From Felis catus (lineage: Eukaryota), in NCBI RefSeq assembly GCF_018350175.1, contig NC_058368.1:43712001-43776000 (forward strand): DNA of 64,000 nucleotides, read 5' to 3'. Of the stretch, positions 25,990 through 39,800 are shown one piece after another (within the stretch, counting starts at the first letter, position 1; every line of letters begins with the position of its first letter). A program made the position numbers and the translations under genes. The notes beneath the pieces were generated by a model, which saw only the letters and a list, made by a program, of their open reading frames with translations, was not told the DNA's origin and ran no database searches.

Positions 25990-27284
25990 TTATTTATATT
26001 AATTATTAAAATAGATGTAGAAAAAATTATTTGATAAAATTCAGCAACCTCTAAGCAAATTAAGAACAGAAAGAAACCTCCTCACCTTGAAACATTATTT
26101 TCAAAATACTTTCAAGACGCGTTTTCTTAAAGGAGAGAAATTGAATATTTTCCCATAAAATGAAGGACAAAACTAATATATTCATTATTATACTCCTATT
26201 TGGCAAGAAGAAAGAACTACAGTTATAAAAATATGAAAGTATGATCAAAACTGTCATTACTAGCTGATGTTATAACATACATAGAAATATCAAAATAGTT
26301 TCCAAACATCATTAAAATTAATAAGTGAATTTATGAAGGGGTTGGGTTGCTGGATAGTCAATAAGCAATTATCAATTCTTTTTTTATATATATGCATCCA
26401 ACATTTGGGATTTTACATTGAAATACAATTCCATTTGTAATACCACAAAATTTAAATACCTAGGAATAAACCTAATGAAGAATGTGGAAAATCACTACAT
26501 TGAAAACTACAAAATATTCCTGAGGAAAATGGGAAGAGAGCTTAAAGAATGGAGACCAATACCATATTTATTCTTTGGAAGACTTAATATTTTTAAGAAA
26601 TCAGTTTTCTTAAAATTTTTTTATATATTAGGTGTAATCCCAATAAAATTGTATGTGTTTGTGTAAATTGACAAACACTTGAAAATTTATATAGAAAGTG
26701 AAAGATCTAGAATGCCAATGCTATCTTGAATGATAAGCTTGGAGGGCTTACACTATAAGAAATCAGACTTTTTATAAGAATGTAGACATTGTTTTGTTGG
26801 CAAAAAGAAATGCAAAAATAAAGTAATGAAACAGAATAGAGAGTGTAAAGATAAACATATATGTGGTCAATTAATATTTGACAAAGATACCAGTGCAGAT
26901 CACTCAAAAATGACTGCTGAATAAATGTTGATTGAACAATTACATACCTAAATGGAAAAATAAAATAATTTGACCTATACTTCACATCTCCTAGATAGGA
27001 GTGGGTTCTAGACGGATTATAGAAATAAAATTTAAATATAAACAAACATCTAGAAAAAGAGAAGGAGGATATATTTATAACTTCAGGTAAAAAAAAGTTT
27101 CAAAAAAAACTTTCAGAAATAGACCATTAAAGTATTCATCATAAAATAATTACTTGAATTTTTTAGTTAAAATTTTTAATTAATTTTTTAATTAAAAGTT
27201 TTTTTTTAATTAAAAGTTTCTATACATCAAAGGATAGCAGTAAGAGAGTGAAAAGCCAAATCACAGAAATCTAAAAAGATACTC
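25990..27284 (+). mobile_element. Old L1M-type ORF2 fragment, 5' part; split by the younger L1 and resuming at 33229
   Basis: Remnant KYLGINLMKNVENHYIENYK; the sequence corresponding to [11 protein letters not shown]...DKG reads across the insertion (aaagccaaatcacagaa...aagatattcacaatgtataaccgacaaagg). Confidence 0.8.
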
Positions 27285-28209
27285 GTGGAGTTCTGGGAGA
27301 GTGGCGGCTTAGGAGGACGCTGGGCTCAGCGTGTCCTGCGGATCACTTAGATTCCACCCACACCTGCCTAAATAGCCCAGAAAATCGCCAGAAGACTAGC
27401 AGAACGGATTCTCCGGGGCAAAGTGTAGATGAGAGGCCCACAGAAGAGGGTAGGAAGGGCGGAGAGGTGGTGCTCGCTACACAGACTGGCAGGAAGGAGC
27501 CAGGGCAGAGGGGCAGTCTGCCAGCCAAGCAGAGCCCCCGAGTCTGGCTTGCAAAAATGGAGAGACCGGACAGAGTGTGTTCGGACAGCAAGCGGGACTT
27601 AACATCTGGAAGGTTATAAGTTAACAGTTCTGCTCAGAGAACGGGAGGACTGGAGGAAAACTGGAGGGAGAGTTGTTGAGCCCCGGACAAGGGAGAGCAG
27701 CTTGGCGGGTAACAAAGGCGCTCACCAACACCATCTCCCTTGCCCATCCCCCAGCCAAAATCCCACAGGGAACCAGTTCCTGTCAGGGAACTTGCTTCCA
27801 CCACGCGAGCACCTAACGCTGTGCTTCTGAGGATCCATCCTTCCAGTGGGTCTGACTCCCTCCCAGTGCCCCAGGGCCCCTCCCGAAGCGGATCTCTGAA
27901 GGAAAAGCAAGCTGAGCCCACCCCTCCTGCCCCTGTGCACCTTGCCAATCCACCACAGCTAATAGGCCAGATCCCCAGCACCACAAGCCTGGCAGTGTGC
28001 AAGTAGCCCAGACGGGCAATGCCACCCCTCACTGAATCCCGACCCTAGGAGAGGGGAAGAGAAGGCACACACCAGTCTGACTGTGGCCCCAGTGGTGGGC
28101 TGGGGGCAGACATCAGGTCTGACTGCGGCCCCGCCCACCAACCCAAGTTATTCAACACAGCACAGGGCAAGTACCCTACAGTTCCACACCCCTCCAGGGA
28201 CTATCCAAA

Positions 28210-29085
28210 ATGACGAAATGGAAGAATTCCCCTCAAAAAAACATCCAGGAAATAAGGAGCTAACAAACTGATCAAAAACGATTTAAACATATAACAGAAA
28301 GTGAACTTAGAATATTAGTCATAAAATTAATTGCTGGGCTTGAAAACGGTATAAAGGACAGCACAGAATCTACTGCTACAGAGATCAAGGGACTAAGGAA
28401 CAGCCGGGAGGAGCTAAAAAATGCTATTAATGACCTGCAAAATAAAACGGAGACAAACAGCTTGGATTGAAGAGGCAGAGGGGAGAATACGTGAACTAGA
28501 AGAAAAAATAATGGAAAAAGAAGAAGCCGAGAAAAAGATAAAAAAAAAAAAACCCAGGAGTATGAGGGGAAAATTAGAGAATTAAGTGATGCACTAAAGA
28601 GAAATAATCAACACATAATTGGTATTCCAGAGGAGGAAGAGAGAGGGAAAGGTGCTGAAGGTGTACTTGAAATCATAGCTGAGAACTTCCCTGATCTGGG
28701 GAAGGAAAAAGGCGTTGAAATCCAAGAGGCACAGAGAACTCCCTTCAGACGTAACTTGAATCGATCTTCTGCATGGCATATCATAGTGAAACTGGCAAAA
28801 TACAAGGATAAAGAGAAAATTCTGAAAGCAGCTAGGGATAAATGTGCTCTAACATATAAAGGGAGACTGATAAGACTCTTGATGGATCTCTCTACTGAAA
28901 CTTGGCAGGCCAAAAAGAATGGCAGGAAATCTTCAATGTGATGAACAGATAAAATATGCAGCCGAGGATCCTTTATCCAGCAAATCTGTCATTTATAATG
29001 GAAGGTCCTCCCAAACAAACAAAAACTGAAGGAATTCATCACACCTAAACCAGCCCTGCAAGAGATCCTAAGGGGGATCCTGTGA
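28210..29085 (+). pseudogene. L1 ORF1p, frameshifted
   Basis: ATG at 28210, fragment NRSSAWHIIVKLAKYKDKEKILKAAR, TGA at 29083-29085; collinear with ORF1 of the second L1. Confidence 0.9.
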
Positions 29086-29129
29086 GACAAAGTACCAGAG
29101 ACATTGCTACAAGCATGAAACCTACAGAC

Positions 29130-32100
29130 ATCACGACTCTAAACCCTATCTTTCTATAATAACACTGAATGTAAATGGACTAAATGCGCCAACCAAAAGA
29201 CATAGGGTATCAGAATGAAAAAAAGAAAAAAGCAAGACCCGTCTATTTGCTGTCTACAAGAGACTCATTTTAGACCTGAGGACACCTTCAGATTGAAACT
29301 GAGGGGATGGAGAACTATTTATCATGCTACTGGAAGTCAAAAGAAAGCTGGAGTAGCCATACTTATATCAGACAAACTACACTTTAAATTAAAGGCTGTA
29401 ACAAGGGATAAAGAAGGGCATTATATAATAATTACAGGGTCTATCCATCAAGAAAGACTAACATTTATAAATGTCTATGTGCCGAATACGGGAGCACCCA
29501 AATTTATAAAACAATTACTCAGAAACATAAGCAACCTTATTGATAAGAACGTGGTAATTGCAGGTGACTTTAATACCCCACTTGCAACAATGGATAGATC
29601 ATCTAGACACATGGTCAATAAAGAAACAAGTTCCCTGAATGGTAGGTACATTGGATCAGATGGACTTGACAGATATATTTAGAACTCTGCATCCCAAAGC
29701 AACAGAATATACTTTCTTCTCGACTGCACATGGAACATTCTCCAAGATAGATCACATACGGGGTCACAAAAGCCCTTAATAAGTATACAAGAATTGAAAG
29801 TATACCATGCATACTTTCAGACCACAATGCTATGAAGCTTGAAATAAACCACAGGAAAAAGTCTGGAAAACCTCCAAAAGCATGGAGGTTAAAGAACACC
29901 CAACTAAAGAATGAATGGGTCAACCAAGCATTTAAAGAAGAAATTAAAAAATATATGGAAACAAATGAAAATGAAAACACAACAATCCAAACGCTTTGGG
30001 TGGGATTCAGTGAAGGCAGTCCTGAGAGGAAAATACATTGCAATCCAGGCCTATCTCCAGAAACAAGAAAAATCCCAAATACAAAATCTAACAGCACACC
30101 TAAAGGAAATAGAAACAGAGCAGCAAAGTCACCCCAAACCCAGCAGAAGAAGAGAAATAATAAAGATCAGAGCAGAAATAAACAATATAGAATCTAAAAA
30201 AACTGTAGAGCAGATCAACGAAACCAAGAGTTGTTTTTTTGAAAAAATAAACAAATTGATAAACCTCTAGTCAGGCTTCTCAAAAACAAAAGGGAGATGA
30301 CCCAAACAGATAAAATCAGGAATGAAAATGGACTTATTACAACCAATCCCTCAGAGATACAACCATTATCAGGGATACTATGAAAAATTATGTGCCAACA
30401 AACGGGACAACCTGGAAGAAATTGACAAATTCCTAAACACCCACACACTTCCAAAACTCAAACAAGAGGAAATAGAAAGCTTGAACAGACCCATAACAGG
30501 TGAAGAAGTTGAATCAGTTATCAAAAATCTCCCAACAAATAAGAGTCCAGGACCAGATGGCTTCCCAGGGGAGTTCTACCAGACATTTAAAGCAGAGATA
30601 ATACCTATCCTTCTCAAGCTATTCCAAAAAATTAGAAAGGGAAGGAAACCTTCCAGACTCATTCTATGAAGCCAGAATTACTTTGATTCCTAAACCAGAC
30701 AGAGACCCAGTAACAAAAGAGAACTACAGGCCAATATCCCTGATGAATATGGATGCAAAAATTCTCAATAAGATACTAGCAAATCGAATTCAACGGCATA
30801 TAAAAAGAATTCTTCACCATGATCAAGTGGGATTCATTCCTGGGATGCAGGGCTGGTTCAACATTCACAAATCAATCAACGTGATAGATCATATTAATAA
30901 AAGAAAAGATAAGAACCATATTATCCTGTCTATTGATGCAGAAAAGGCATTTGACAAAATTCAACAACTTTTCTTAATAAAAACCCTTGAGAAAGTCGGG
31001 ATAGAAAGAACATACTTAAAGATCATAAAAGCCATTTATGAAAAGCCCACAGCTAATATCATCCTCAGTGGGGAAAAACTGAGAGCTTTTCCCCTGAGAT
31101 CAGGAACACGACAGGTATGCCCACTCTCACCGCTGTTGTTTAACATAGTTTTGGAAATCCTAGCAACAGCAATCAGACAACAAAAGGAAATCAAAGGCAT
31201 CAAATTGGCAAAGATGAAGGCAGGCATTAACTTTTTGCAGATGACATGATATTATACATGGAAAATCTGATAGACTGCACCAAAATTCTGCTAGAACTGA
31301 CACATGAATTCAGCAAAGTTGCAGGATACAAAATCAATGTACAGAAATCAGTTGTATTCTTATACACTAATAATGAAACAACAGAAAGACAAATAAAGAA
31401 ATTGATCCCATTCACAATTGCATCAAGAAGCATAAAATACATAGGAATAAATCTAACCAAAGATGTAAAGGATCTGTATGCTGAAAACTATAGAAAGCTT
31501 ATGACAGTAATTGAAGAAGATTTAAAGAAATGGAAAGACATTCCCTGCTCATGGATTGGAAAAATAAATATTGTCAAAATGTCAATACTACCCAAAGCTA
31601 TCTACACATTCAATGCAATCCCAATCAAAATTGCACCAGCATTCTTCTCAAAACTAGAACAACCAATCCTAAAATTCATATGGAACCACAAAAGGCCCCG
31701 AATAGCCAAAGGAATTTTGAAGAAGAAGACCAAAGCAGGAGGCATCACAATCCCAGACTTTAGCCTCTACTACAAAGCTGTCATCATCAAGACAGCATGG
31801 TATTGGCACAAAAACAGACACATAGACCAATGGAATAGAATAGAAACCCCAGAACTAGACCCACAAAAGTATGGCCAAATCATCTTTGACAAAGCAGGAA
31901 AGAACATCCAATGGAAAACAGACAGCCTCTTTAACAAATGGTGCTGGGGGAACTGGACAGCAACATGCAGAAGAGTGAAACTAGACTACTTTGACACACC
32001 ATTCACAAAAATAAACTCAAAACGGATAAAGAACCTGAATGTGAGACAGGAAACCATCAAAACCCTAGAGGAGAAAGCAGGAAAAGACCTCTCTGACCTC

Positions 32101-32965
32101 CGTCGTAGCAATTTCTTACTTGACACATCCCCAAAGGTAAGGGAATTAAAAGCAAAAATGAACTACTGGGACCTCATGAAGATAAAAAGCTTCTGCACAG
32201 CAAAGGAAACAATCAAAACTAAAAGGCAACCAAGGAATGGGAAAAGATATTCGCAAATGACATATCAGACAAAGGGCTAGTATCCAAAATCTATAAAGAG
32301 CTCACCAAACTCCACACCCGAAAAACAAATAACCCAGTGAAGAAATGGGCAGAAACCATGAATAGACACTTCTCTAAAGAAGACATCCGGATGGCCAACA
32401 GGCACATGAAAAGATGTTCAGCGTCGCTCCTTATCAGGGAAATACAAATCAAAACCACACTCAGGTATCACCTCACGCCAGTCAGAGTGGCCAAAATGAA
32501 CAAATCAGGAGACTAAAGATGCTGGAGAGGATGTGGAGAAACGGGAACCGTCTTGCACTGTTGGTGGGAATGCAAACTGGTACAGCCACTTTGGAAAACA
32601 GTGTGGAGTTTCCTCAAAAAAACCTATTAAAAATAGACCTACCCTATGACCCAGCAGTAGCACTGCTAGGAATTTACCCAAGGGATACAGGAGCACTGAT
32701 GCATAGGGTCACTTGTACCCCAATGTTTATAGCAGCACTCTCAACAATAGCCAAATTGTGGAAAAAGCCTAAAAGTCCATCAACTGACGAATGGATAAAG
32801 AAATTGTGGTTTATATACACAATGGAGTACTATGTGGCAATGAGAAAGAATGAAATATGGCCCTTTGTAGCAACGTGGATGGAACTGGAGAGTGTGATGC
32901 TAAGTGAAATAAGCCATACAGAGAAAGACAGATACCATATGGTTTCACTCTTATGTGGATCCTGA
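29130..32965 (+). pseudogene. L1 ORF2p (endonuclease / reverse transcriptase / C-terminal domain) with multiple frameshifts and stops
   Basis: Fragments [35 protein letters not shown], the FADDM-coding tttgcagatgacatg, and a 344-aa piece at 31246-32280. Confidence 0.95.
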
Positions 32966-33188
32966 GAAACTTAACAGAAACCCATGGGGGAGGGGAAGAA
33001 AAAAAAAAGAGGTTATAGTGGGAGAGAGCCAAAGCATAAGAGACTGTTAAAAACTGAGAACAAACTGAGGGTTGATGGGGGTAGGAGGGAGGGGAGGGGA
33101 GGTGATGGGCATTGAAGAGGGCATCTTTGGGGATGAGCACTGTGTGTTGTATGGAAACCAAATTGACAATGAATTTCATATATTAAAA

Positions 33189-33219
<31 letters not shown>

Positions 33220-33228
33220 ATATAATAA

Positions 33229-34000
33229 AAAAAGATATTCACAATGTATAACCGACAAAGGATATATTGTCATATCAGCATATAAAAATAATTTCCACAA
33301 AAAGAAGAAAAAGAGAATCTAATTTTTACAGCTGGTCAAAAACCAGACAAGGCACTTTATAGCAGATGATATACCTATGTTTAACAAGCATAAGAAAAGG
33401 TGCTTAACTCCATTATGCCTTGGGGAAATGGAAATTAAAACAAGGAGATACCACTTCACACACATCCAAAGAGGAAACTCAAAAATTTTTTCTGTCAATA
33501 TAAAGTACTGTAAGATGGAATGCAACTACAACTGTCAGTCAATGCTAAAGGAAGTTAAATTGACAGACACTTTGGAAAACTCACTATCTTTGAAAGTAAA
33601 ATATAGGCCTAGGCTATGACCCAACAATTTTGCTTGCAAGTACCCCAAGAGAAATGAGTATATGTGGCCACAAAAAAGATATGCATAAGAATGTAAATAC
33701 AAATTTTATTTGTAATTTCTCAAAACCATCACAACACAATTATACAAGTCAATGAATAAGCATTTTATTTGTTAAATGAAATATATGTAGAAAAATGAAA
33801 GGAAATTACTGATAAATATAATACATGGAAAAAATCTTATAGACCAAATTTCAAGAAAAGAAGCTAACTTCACAAGATTACGTACATTACGACTGCATTT
33901 ATATGAAATGTTAGAAAAGGCAAACCAAATCAAAAGTGACAGAGTAGTAGTAACAATGAAGATGGCAGATATTGACTGGGACAGGATACTAGTTAAACTT
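33229..34000 (+). mobile_element. Old L1M-type 3' part, continuing 25990-27284
   Basis: Remnant HKKRCLTPLCLGEMEIKTRRYHFTH, ctatgacccaacaatt, old 3' UTR motifs. Confidence 0.75.
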
Positions 34001-34087
34001 GCATTTGTCTAAAAATTTAATAGATAATACCTTTTACACTGGGGTAACATTCTTTGACTCTATCACTCAGTTCACTTTATGCACTTT

Positions 34088-34300
34088 CATTTTTTTTAAT
34101 GTTTGTGTATTTTTGAGACAGAGGGAGACAGGGCACGAGTGGGGGAGGAGCAGAGAGAGAGGGAGACACAGAATCTGAAACAGGCTCCTGGCTCTGAGCT
34201 GTCAGCACAGAGCCTGATGCGGGGCTCAAACCCACTAGCCGTGAGATCATGACCTGAGCCTAAGTCGGCCGCTTAACCAACTCAGCCACCCAGGCGCCCT
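34088..34300 (-). mobile_element. CanSINE
   Basis: Full body; TSD actttatgcacttt at 34074-34087 and 34302-34315. Confidence 0.96.
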
Positions 34301-35625
34301 GACTTTATGCACTTTAAAATGTGTGTCTTACCATACAAATAAGTAAAAACAAAAGAGGAAGAAAGGAAATACAAGAACGTAACTGACACATTGCCAGGAA
34401 AAACATATAACGTTTGGTATTTCTTATGTGATCTTCCTTTGGTTTAGGCACTAACTATTATAATGAGATATGTGTTATCTTGACTCTTGGTCTTTACTTA
34501 GACTTCTGGTAGGCAGTCCTTCTTTCTTTCCTCCCCACATATAAAGACAAAATGGTTTTTGCCAGGAGAGGGCTTTAGTAAACTCAAAATACAATGAGAC
34601 AATAGGATGAAAGCTGCTATACCTCAATATTAAGCTGATTATATGCATTTTGGCCTAACATTTCAAGAAAGTCTACACCAAGAATCAGTTCTGAATAAGA
34701 ATTGGTAAACAGAACAATGTTTGATAGTTTACTTTGTTTTCAGCAGGGTCTGCAGCCCAAGATAGATTTTGTAGTGCAAAGTGAATTGATTTCCATGTGA
34801 ACCATAGAGCCCTATGTGTGAGGTTAATTTCAATTCTTGTTGACATGCTTAGGTAGAAATAGAAAACTTTTCACACCACTTTCAGTAATTGCAAAGCCAA
34901 CAAGGATCTGGAAAGATTAAGTTCTCTAGAGGCATCTCTCTACATCTAGTCGCATTTGGCTGTGGATATGTTAATTTTATAAACTCCAAAAAGCATGAAG
35001 GTAATAAAAATTCCTCTACCAAAAATACTCTGTCTCCAGGAATAAAGGATGCTCAGGACATAAAAAGGACCTGGTGATGGTTAGTCATATGATTGGATGA
35101 CATACGCCTAAGAACTATGTCCAAATGGTAAACAAAACAAAACAATAATAACAATAGCAACAACAAAGAGACAGCTAAGAAATGCTAAAAGGAACCATCA
35201 TTTTTATTTCTCTTGTATGACTTTTCTTAATTTACAGTATAATATATGATCCAGATTTCAGATATATTTGCTAGAGAGATTCATTCATTGCAAAACTCAA
35301 GATTATTTATTTGCCTATATATCCAATTTATTTCTTAAAACCCAGTTGGGTCAGCAAAAAATACGACATTTAGATTTCCATTTACCTGAATTTTTATCTA
35401 TTTTGTTAATCTATTTTGTTAATGGATACAAAAAAGTTATTCTTTTACTTATCACCTGAAAAATATAACAGAGGACATAACTAGAAAAGTGGATATGGGA
35501 ACCTGGAATGGAAAGGAGAAGCCTGGCATGAAGATGTACCTTTTTTTCAGTAATCACAGAATTATAATTATAGTTGATAGACAGAAAGCCCAAAGAAAAT
35601 GTTCAAAGTAAGGAAAGAGAAGCCT

Positions 35626-35819
35626 TGACAGAGCACGAATGGGGGAGGGGCAGAGAGAGAGGGAGACACAGAATCCGAAGCAGGTTTCAGGCTCAGAGCT
35701 GTCAGCACAGAGCCCAACACAGGGCTCGAACCCACAAACCGTGAGATCATGACCTGAGCTGAGATCATGACCTGAGCTGAAGTTGGATGCTCAACCGACT
35801 GAGCCACCCAGTTACCCCT
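35626..35819 (-). mobile_element. CanSINE lacking its tail, with an internal 18-bp tandem duplication
   Basis: gagatcatgacctgagct at 35743-35760 and 35761-35778; no poly-T on the left. Confidence 0.92.
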
Positions 35820-35972
35820 GATCATAGGATTTTTTAAATCTGAAAACTGTGAGCCTTTGTTTTTTGCTCGTTTTGATGAAAATATTGTGTTATTTTGTTG
35901 TTTTATTCATTTTCACATGTATTTTAAATGCTTATGGGGCATCGCAAAACTTTTTGTTTTAAAATAATTGTA

Positions 35973-36190
35973 GGGGATCCTGGATGGCTCAGTGAGTTAA
36001 GCGTCCGACTTCAGCTCAGGTCATGATCTAGAGGTTGGTGAGTTAGAGACCCTCATCGGCTTTGTGCTGACAGCTCAGAGTCTGGAGCCTGCTTCAGATT
36101 CTGTGTTTCCCTCTATCTCTGCCCCTCCCCTGCTCACACTTTGTCTCTCTCTGTCTTTCAAAAATAAATAAACATTAAAAAAGAATTAAA
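35973..36190 (+). mobile_element. CanSINE
   Basis: ggggatcctggatggctcagtgagttaagcgtccgact...(CT)n, A tail; TSD aaaataattg. Confidence 0.95.
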
Positions 36191-36851
36191 AAAAATAATT
36201 GCAAAGTCACATGAAACTGTAAAAAGGTAGTACACGTCATGTAACCTTCACTCAGTTTCTTCCAATAGTAACATCTTGCATAATTGTAGTTCTGGAAATT
36301 AATACTGATATTTTCTACCAATCTTATTCACAAATTGTAGGTTTTACATCGACTCAATTGTTTGTATGTGTGTGTATTTAATTCTATACAATGTTATCAC
36401 ATGTGTACATTCATGAAACTGTCACTGTAGTAAACATACCCAACAGCTCCATCACTGGATCCCATGTGCCACCCTTTCATAATCATGTCTACCTCCCTCC
36501 CTCTTCTCTTCTTTAATCCCTATGAACAACCAATCTGGTCTCCACTGCTATAATTTTATCATTTTAAATTGTTATAGAAAGAAACTGTTACCTTCTGAGA
36601 TTGACTTTTTTTTATTTATTTTTATTTTTTTATATGAAATTTATTGACAAATTGGTTTCCATACAACACCCAGTGCTCATCCCAAAAGGTGTCCTCCTCA
36701 ATACCCATCACCCACCCTCTTCTCCCTCCCACCCCGCATCAACCCTCAGTTTGTTCTCAGTTTTTAACAGTCTCTTATGCTTTGGCTCTCTCCCACTATA
36801 ACCTCTTTTTTTTTTTTCCTTCCTCTCCCCCATGGGTTTCTGTCAAGTTTC

Positions 36852-39800
36852 TCAGGATCCACATAAGAGTGAAACCTTATGGTATCTGTCTTTCTCTGTA
36901 TGGCTTATTTCACTTAGCATCACACACTCCAGTTCTATCCACGTTGCTACAAAAGGCCATATTTCATTTTTTCTCATTGCCATGTAGTATTCCATTGTGT
37001 ATATAAACCACAATTTCTTTATCCATTCATCAGTTGATGGACATTTAGGCTCTTTCCACAATTTGGCTATTGTTGAGAGTGCTGCTATGAACATTGGGGT
37101 ACAAGTGGCCCTATGCATCAGTACTCCTGTATCCCTTGGATAAATTCCTAGCAGTGCTATTGCTGGGTCATAGGGTAGGTCTATTTTTAATTTTCTGAGG
37201 AACCTCCACACTGCTTTCCAGAGCGGCTGCACCAATTTGCATTCCCACCAACAGTGCAAGAGGGTTCCCGTTTCTCCACATCCTCTCCAGCATCTATAGT
37301 CTCCTGATTTGTTCATTTTGGCCACTCTGACTGGCGTGAGGTGATACCTGAGTGTGGTTTTGATTTGTATTTCCCTGATAAGGAGCGACGCTGAACATCT
37401 TTTCATGTGCCTGTTGGCCATCCGGATGTCTTCTTTAGAGAAGTGTCTATTCATGGTTTCTGCCCATTTCTTCACTGGGTTATTTGTTTTTCGGGTGTGG
37501 AGTTTGGTGAGCTCTTTATAGATTTTGGATACTAGCCCTTTGTCTGATATGTCATTTGCGAATATCTTTTCCCATTCCGTTGGTTGCCTTTTAGTTTTGT
37601 TGGTTGTTTCCTTTGCTGTGCAGAAGCTTTTTATCTTCATAAGGTCCCAGTAATTCACTTTTGCTTTTAATTCCCTTGCCTTTGGGGATGTGTCGAGTAA
37701 GAGATTGCTACGGCTGAGGTCAGAGAGGTCTTTTCCTGCTTTCTCCTGTCTCACATTTAGGTCCTTTATCCATTTGGAGTTTATTTTTGTGAATGGTGTG
37801 AGAAAGTGGTCTGGTTTCAACCTTCTGCATGTTGCTGTCCAGTTGTCCCAGCACCATTTGTTAAAGAGGCTGTCTTTTTTCCATTGGATGTTCTTTCCTG
37901 CTTTGTCAAAGATGAGTTGGCCATACGTTTGTGGGTCTAGTTCTGGGGTTTCTATTCTATTCCATTGGTCTATGTGTCTGTTTTTGTGCCAATACCATGC
38001 TGTCTTGATGATGACAGCTTTGTAGTAGAGGCTAAAGTCTGGGATTGTGATGCCTCCTGCTTTGGTCTTCTTCTTCAAAATTCCTTTGGCTATTCGGGGC
38101 CTTTTGTGGTTCCATATGAATTTTAGGATTGCTTGTTCTAGTTTCGAGAAGAATGCTGGTGCAATTTTGATTGGGATTGCATTGAATGTGTAGATAGCTT
38201 TGGGTAGTATTGACATTTTGACAATATTTATTTTTCCAATCCATGAGCAGGGAATGTCTTTCCATTTCTTTAAATCTTCTTCAATTTCCTTCATAAGCTT
38301 TCTATAGTTTTCAGCATACAGATCCTTTACATCTTTGGTTAGATTTATTCCTAGGTATTTTATGCTTCTTGGTGCAATTGTGAATGGGATCAGTTTCTTT
38401 ATTTGTCTTTCTGTTGCTTCATTGTTAGTGTATAAGAATGCAACTGATTTCTGTACATTGATTTTGTATCCTGCAACTTTGCTGAATTCATGTATCAGTT
38501 CTAGCAGACTTTTGGTGGAGTCTATCGGATTTTCCATGTATAATATCATGTCATCTGCAAAAAGCGAAAGCTTGACTTCATATTTGCCAATTTTGATGCC
38601 TTTGATTTCCTTTTGTTGTCTGATTGCTGATGCTAGAACTTCCAGCACTATGTTAAACAGCACCGGTGAGAGTGGGCATCCTTGTCGTGTTCCTGATCTC
38701 AGGGAAAAGCTCTCAGTTTTTCCCCGTTGAGGATGATGTTAGCTGTGGGCTTTTCATAAATGGCTTTTATGATCTTTAAGTATGTTCCTTCTATCCCGAC
38801 TTTCTCAAGGGATTTTATTAAGAAACCGTGCTGGATTTTGTCAAAGGCCTTTTCTGCATCGATTGACAGGATCATATGGTTCTTCTCTTTTTTTTTGTTA
38901 ATGTGATGTATCACGTTGATTGATTTGCGAATGTTGAACCAGCCCTGCATCCCAGGAATGAATCCCACTTGATCATGGTGAAGAATTCTTTTTATGTGCC
39001 GTTGAATTCGATTTGCTAGTATCTTATTGAGAATTTTTGCATCCATATTCATCAGGGATATTGGCCTGTAGTTCTCTTTTTTTACTGGGTCTCTGTCTGG
39101 TTTAGGAATCAAAGTAATTCTGGCTTCCTAGAATGAGTCTGGAAGTTTTCCTTCCCTTTCTATTTCTTGGAATAGCTTGAGAAGTATAGGTATTATCTCT
39201 GCTTTAAACGTCTGGTAGAACTCCCCTGGGAAGCCATCTGGTCCTGGACTCTTATTTGTTGGGAGATTTTGGATAACCGATTCAATTTCTTCGCTGGTTA
39301 TGGGTCTGTTCAAGCTTTCTATTTCCTCCTGATTGAGTTTTGGAAGAGTGTGGGTGTTCAGGAATTTGTCCATTTCTTCCAGGTTGTCCCGTTTGTTGGC
39401 ATATAATTTTTCATAGTATTCCCTGATAATTGTTTGTATCTCTGAGGGATTGGTTGTAATAATTCCATTTTCATTCCTGATTTTATCTATTTGGGTCATC
39501 TCCCTTTTCTTTTTGAGAAGCCTGGCTAGAGGCTTGTCAATTTTGTTTATTTTTTCAAAAAACCAACTCTTGGTTTCATTGATCTGCTCTACAGTTTTTT
39601 TAGGATCTATATTGTTTATTTCTGCTCTGATCTTTATTATTTCTCTTCTTCTGCTGGGTTTAGGCTGCCTTTGCTGTTCTGCTTCTAGTTCCTTTAGGTG
39701 TGCTGTTAGATTTTGTATTTGGGATTTTTCTTGTTTCTTGAGATAGGCCTGGATTGCAATGTATTTTCCTCTCAGGACTGCCTTCGCTGCGTCCCAAAGC

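Larger units (their letters stand above)
27285..33228 (+). mobile_element. Near-full-length felid-type LINE-1, disabled
   Basis: GC-rich 5' UTR, ORF1 and ORF2 remnants, 3' UTR, (TAAA)n tail; TSD aaaaagata(c/t)tc at 27273-27284 and 33229-33240. Confidence 0.97.
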
